A program made the position numbers and the translations under genes. The notes beneath the pieces were generated by a model. That model had not been told where the DNA came from and did not search any database. It worked only from the letters and a program-made list of their open reading frames with translations. DNA of 64,000 bases from an uncultured Thermoplasmata archaeon (GTDB lineage: Archaea; Thermoplasmatota; Thermoplasmata; Lutacidiplasmatales; UBA184), in assembly GCA_963809035.1 (NCBI GenBank), contig CAWEHV010000002.1, positions 1,312,113-1,376,112 of the forward strand, given 5' to 3'. Each line of letters opens with the position of its first letter. Position 1 is the first letter of the stretch. Positions 63,150 to 64,000 of the stretch are shown piece after piece.

Positions 63150-63758
63150 ATGATTTGACCGTCGCCCCCCTATTTGGCTCCTTTGGCCCGGGCTCCATAT
63201 TCCACCGAGGTAAAATCGCTCGCTGGTCCCGGAGCCGCCGGCCCGGTCCCGTCGCTTAAAGCATGAATTTGACCTATCCATACATATGTAGATGCATATG
63301 CATATTTGATGACGTACGGGGCGGTGGATCCAGGACCGCGATTCATTCGTTCGATCTCAGGTCCTACGTTGCGGGAACGGCGTCAGCGTAGCTGCTTCAG
63401 GGCACGAGTATCAGCTCGCCGCTCAGCCCCGGGCCACCGCGAATAAGGGTTCACGTGACCTCAGATACTACAAACACTTCTTCCACGCTTCTTTGATAAG
63501 CCCTATGCGTTACTGCAGGGAGCAGGGAGCCCACCGGCCCCCATTGGAGGCCAAGAGGCTGTGGCCTACGCCAATCACCCCGCTCAAAAGAATTAGACCG
63601 GCGGAGAGAGACGGTGGGGGAAGGATCGAGGCGCCCAATTGATCGCGCCGAAGGAGGGAACTGGGATGACGTTCCTTAGTAACTGGAGTGCTGGGGCAGG
63701 CGTACGTTGGGGGCCACCCTCCATGAGGGCCCGGACCCAACTCTACGAGTGTTTTCAG

Positions 63759-63786
63759 GGTTCGTATAACTCCAGTTATACAATAT
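63759..63786. other. Candidate canonical dif (Xer recombination) site
   Basis: GGTTCGTATAA-CTCCAG-TTATACAATAT; 11-6-11 with GTATAA/TTATAC inverted core, in a non-coding region. Confidence 0.55.
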
Positions 63787-64000
63787 CACCGTCAGGGAAG
63801 GTCGATCCGGCCCGGGCCGCACCTCCCCCCAAATAGCACATAATCAAGAATTAGGGATGCATTATACGGTATACTAGCTACTTGGGATGGGTCCTCATGA
63901 AACAGGTCGATCCCGCTGTCTGGGGCCTGCATTAGGCCCCCTGGGCGCGAAAGTGGCCCGGAGGGCCGTTTCCGACGTCCTCCTCAGACCCTGACCCACG

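Noticed and set aside
63281..63306. AT-rich TACATATGTAGATGCATATGCATAT palindromes
   Set aside because: Plausibly an ordinary promoter/operator for the PKD gene; single copy and no further support.
63510..63836. Short ORFs at the window end
   Set aside because: No recognisable motifs or coding signal; no tRNA-like structure seen either.

Overview
64 kb of probable archaeal DNA, most likely an acidophile-related Thermoplasmata lineage. This is inferred from two thermopsin-family proteins, an archaeal class III signal-peptide pilin, many F-x-E-S-G-L-P surface repeats and VapBC pairs. No rRNA, tRNA, CRISPR array, transposase or integrase was seen. The window has three parts. (i) A phosphoesterase with a repeat stalk (150-5123). 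(ii) An accessory island (~5.4-39 kb) of short modules in both orientations: six toxin-antitoxin loci, a visibly lower-GC glycosylation cluster, YVTN beta-propeller surface proteins, a pilin, gene fragments and many frameshifts. (iii) A GC-richer, mostly intact segment (~39-63 kb) of thermopsins, small enzymes and surface proteins. The main observation is a dispersed 26-bp site in the island's intergenic gaps: about 12 copies of an imperfect palindrome, roughly GTGGKTGYAA-N6-WTRCACCYAC. It has the inverted-arm/6-bp-spacer geometry of Xer/dif sites, and shared flanking homology blocks begin or end at it. This suggests an archaeal chromosomal array of dif-like (pdif-like) gene modules. A separate canonical AT-rich dif-like site lies at 63759-63786. 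All motif detection was by eye.
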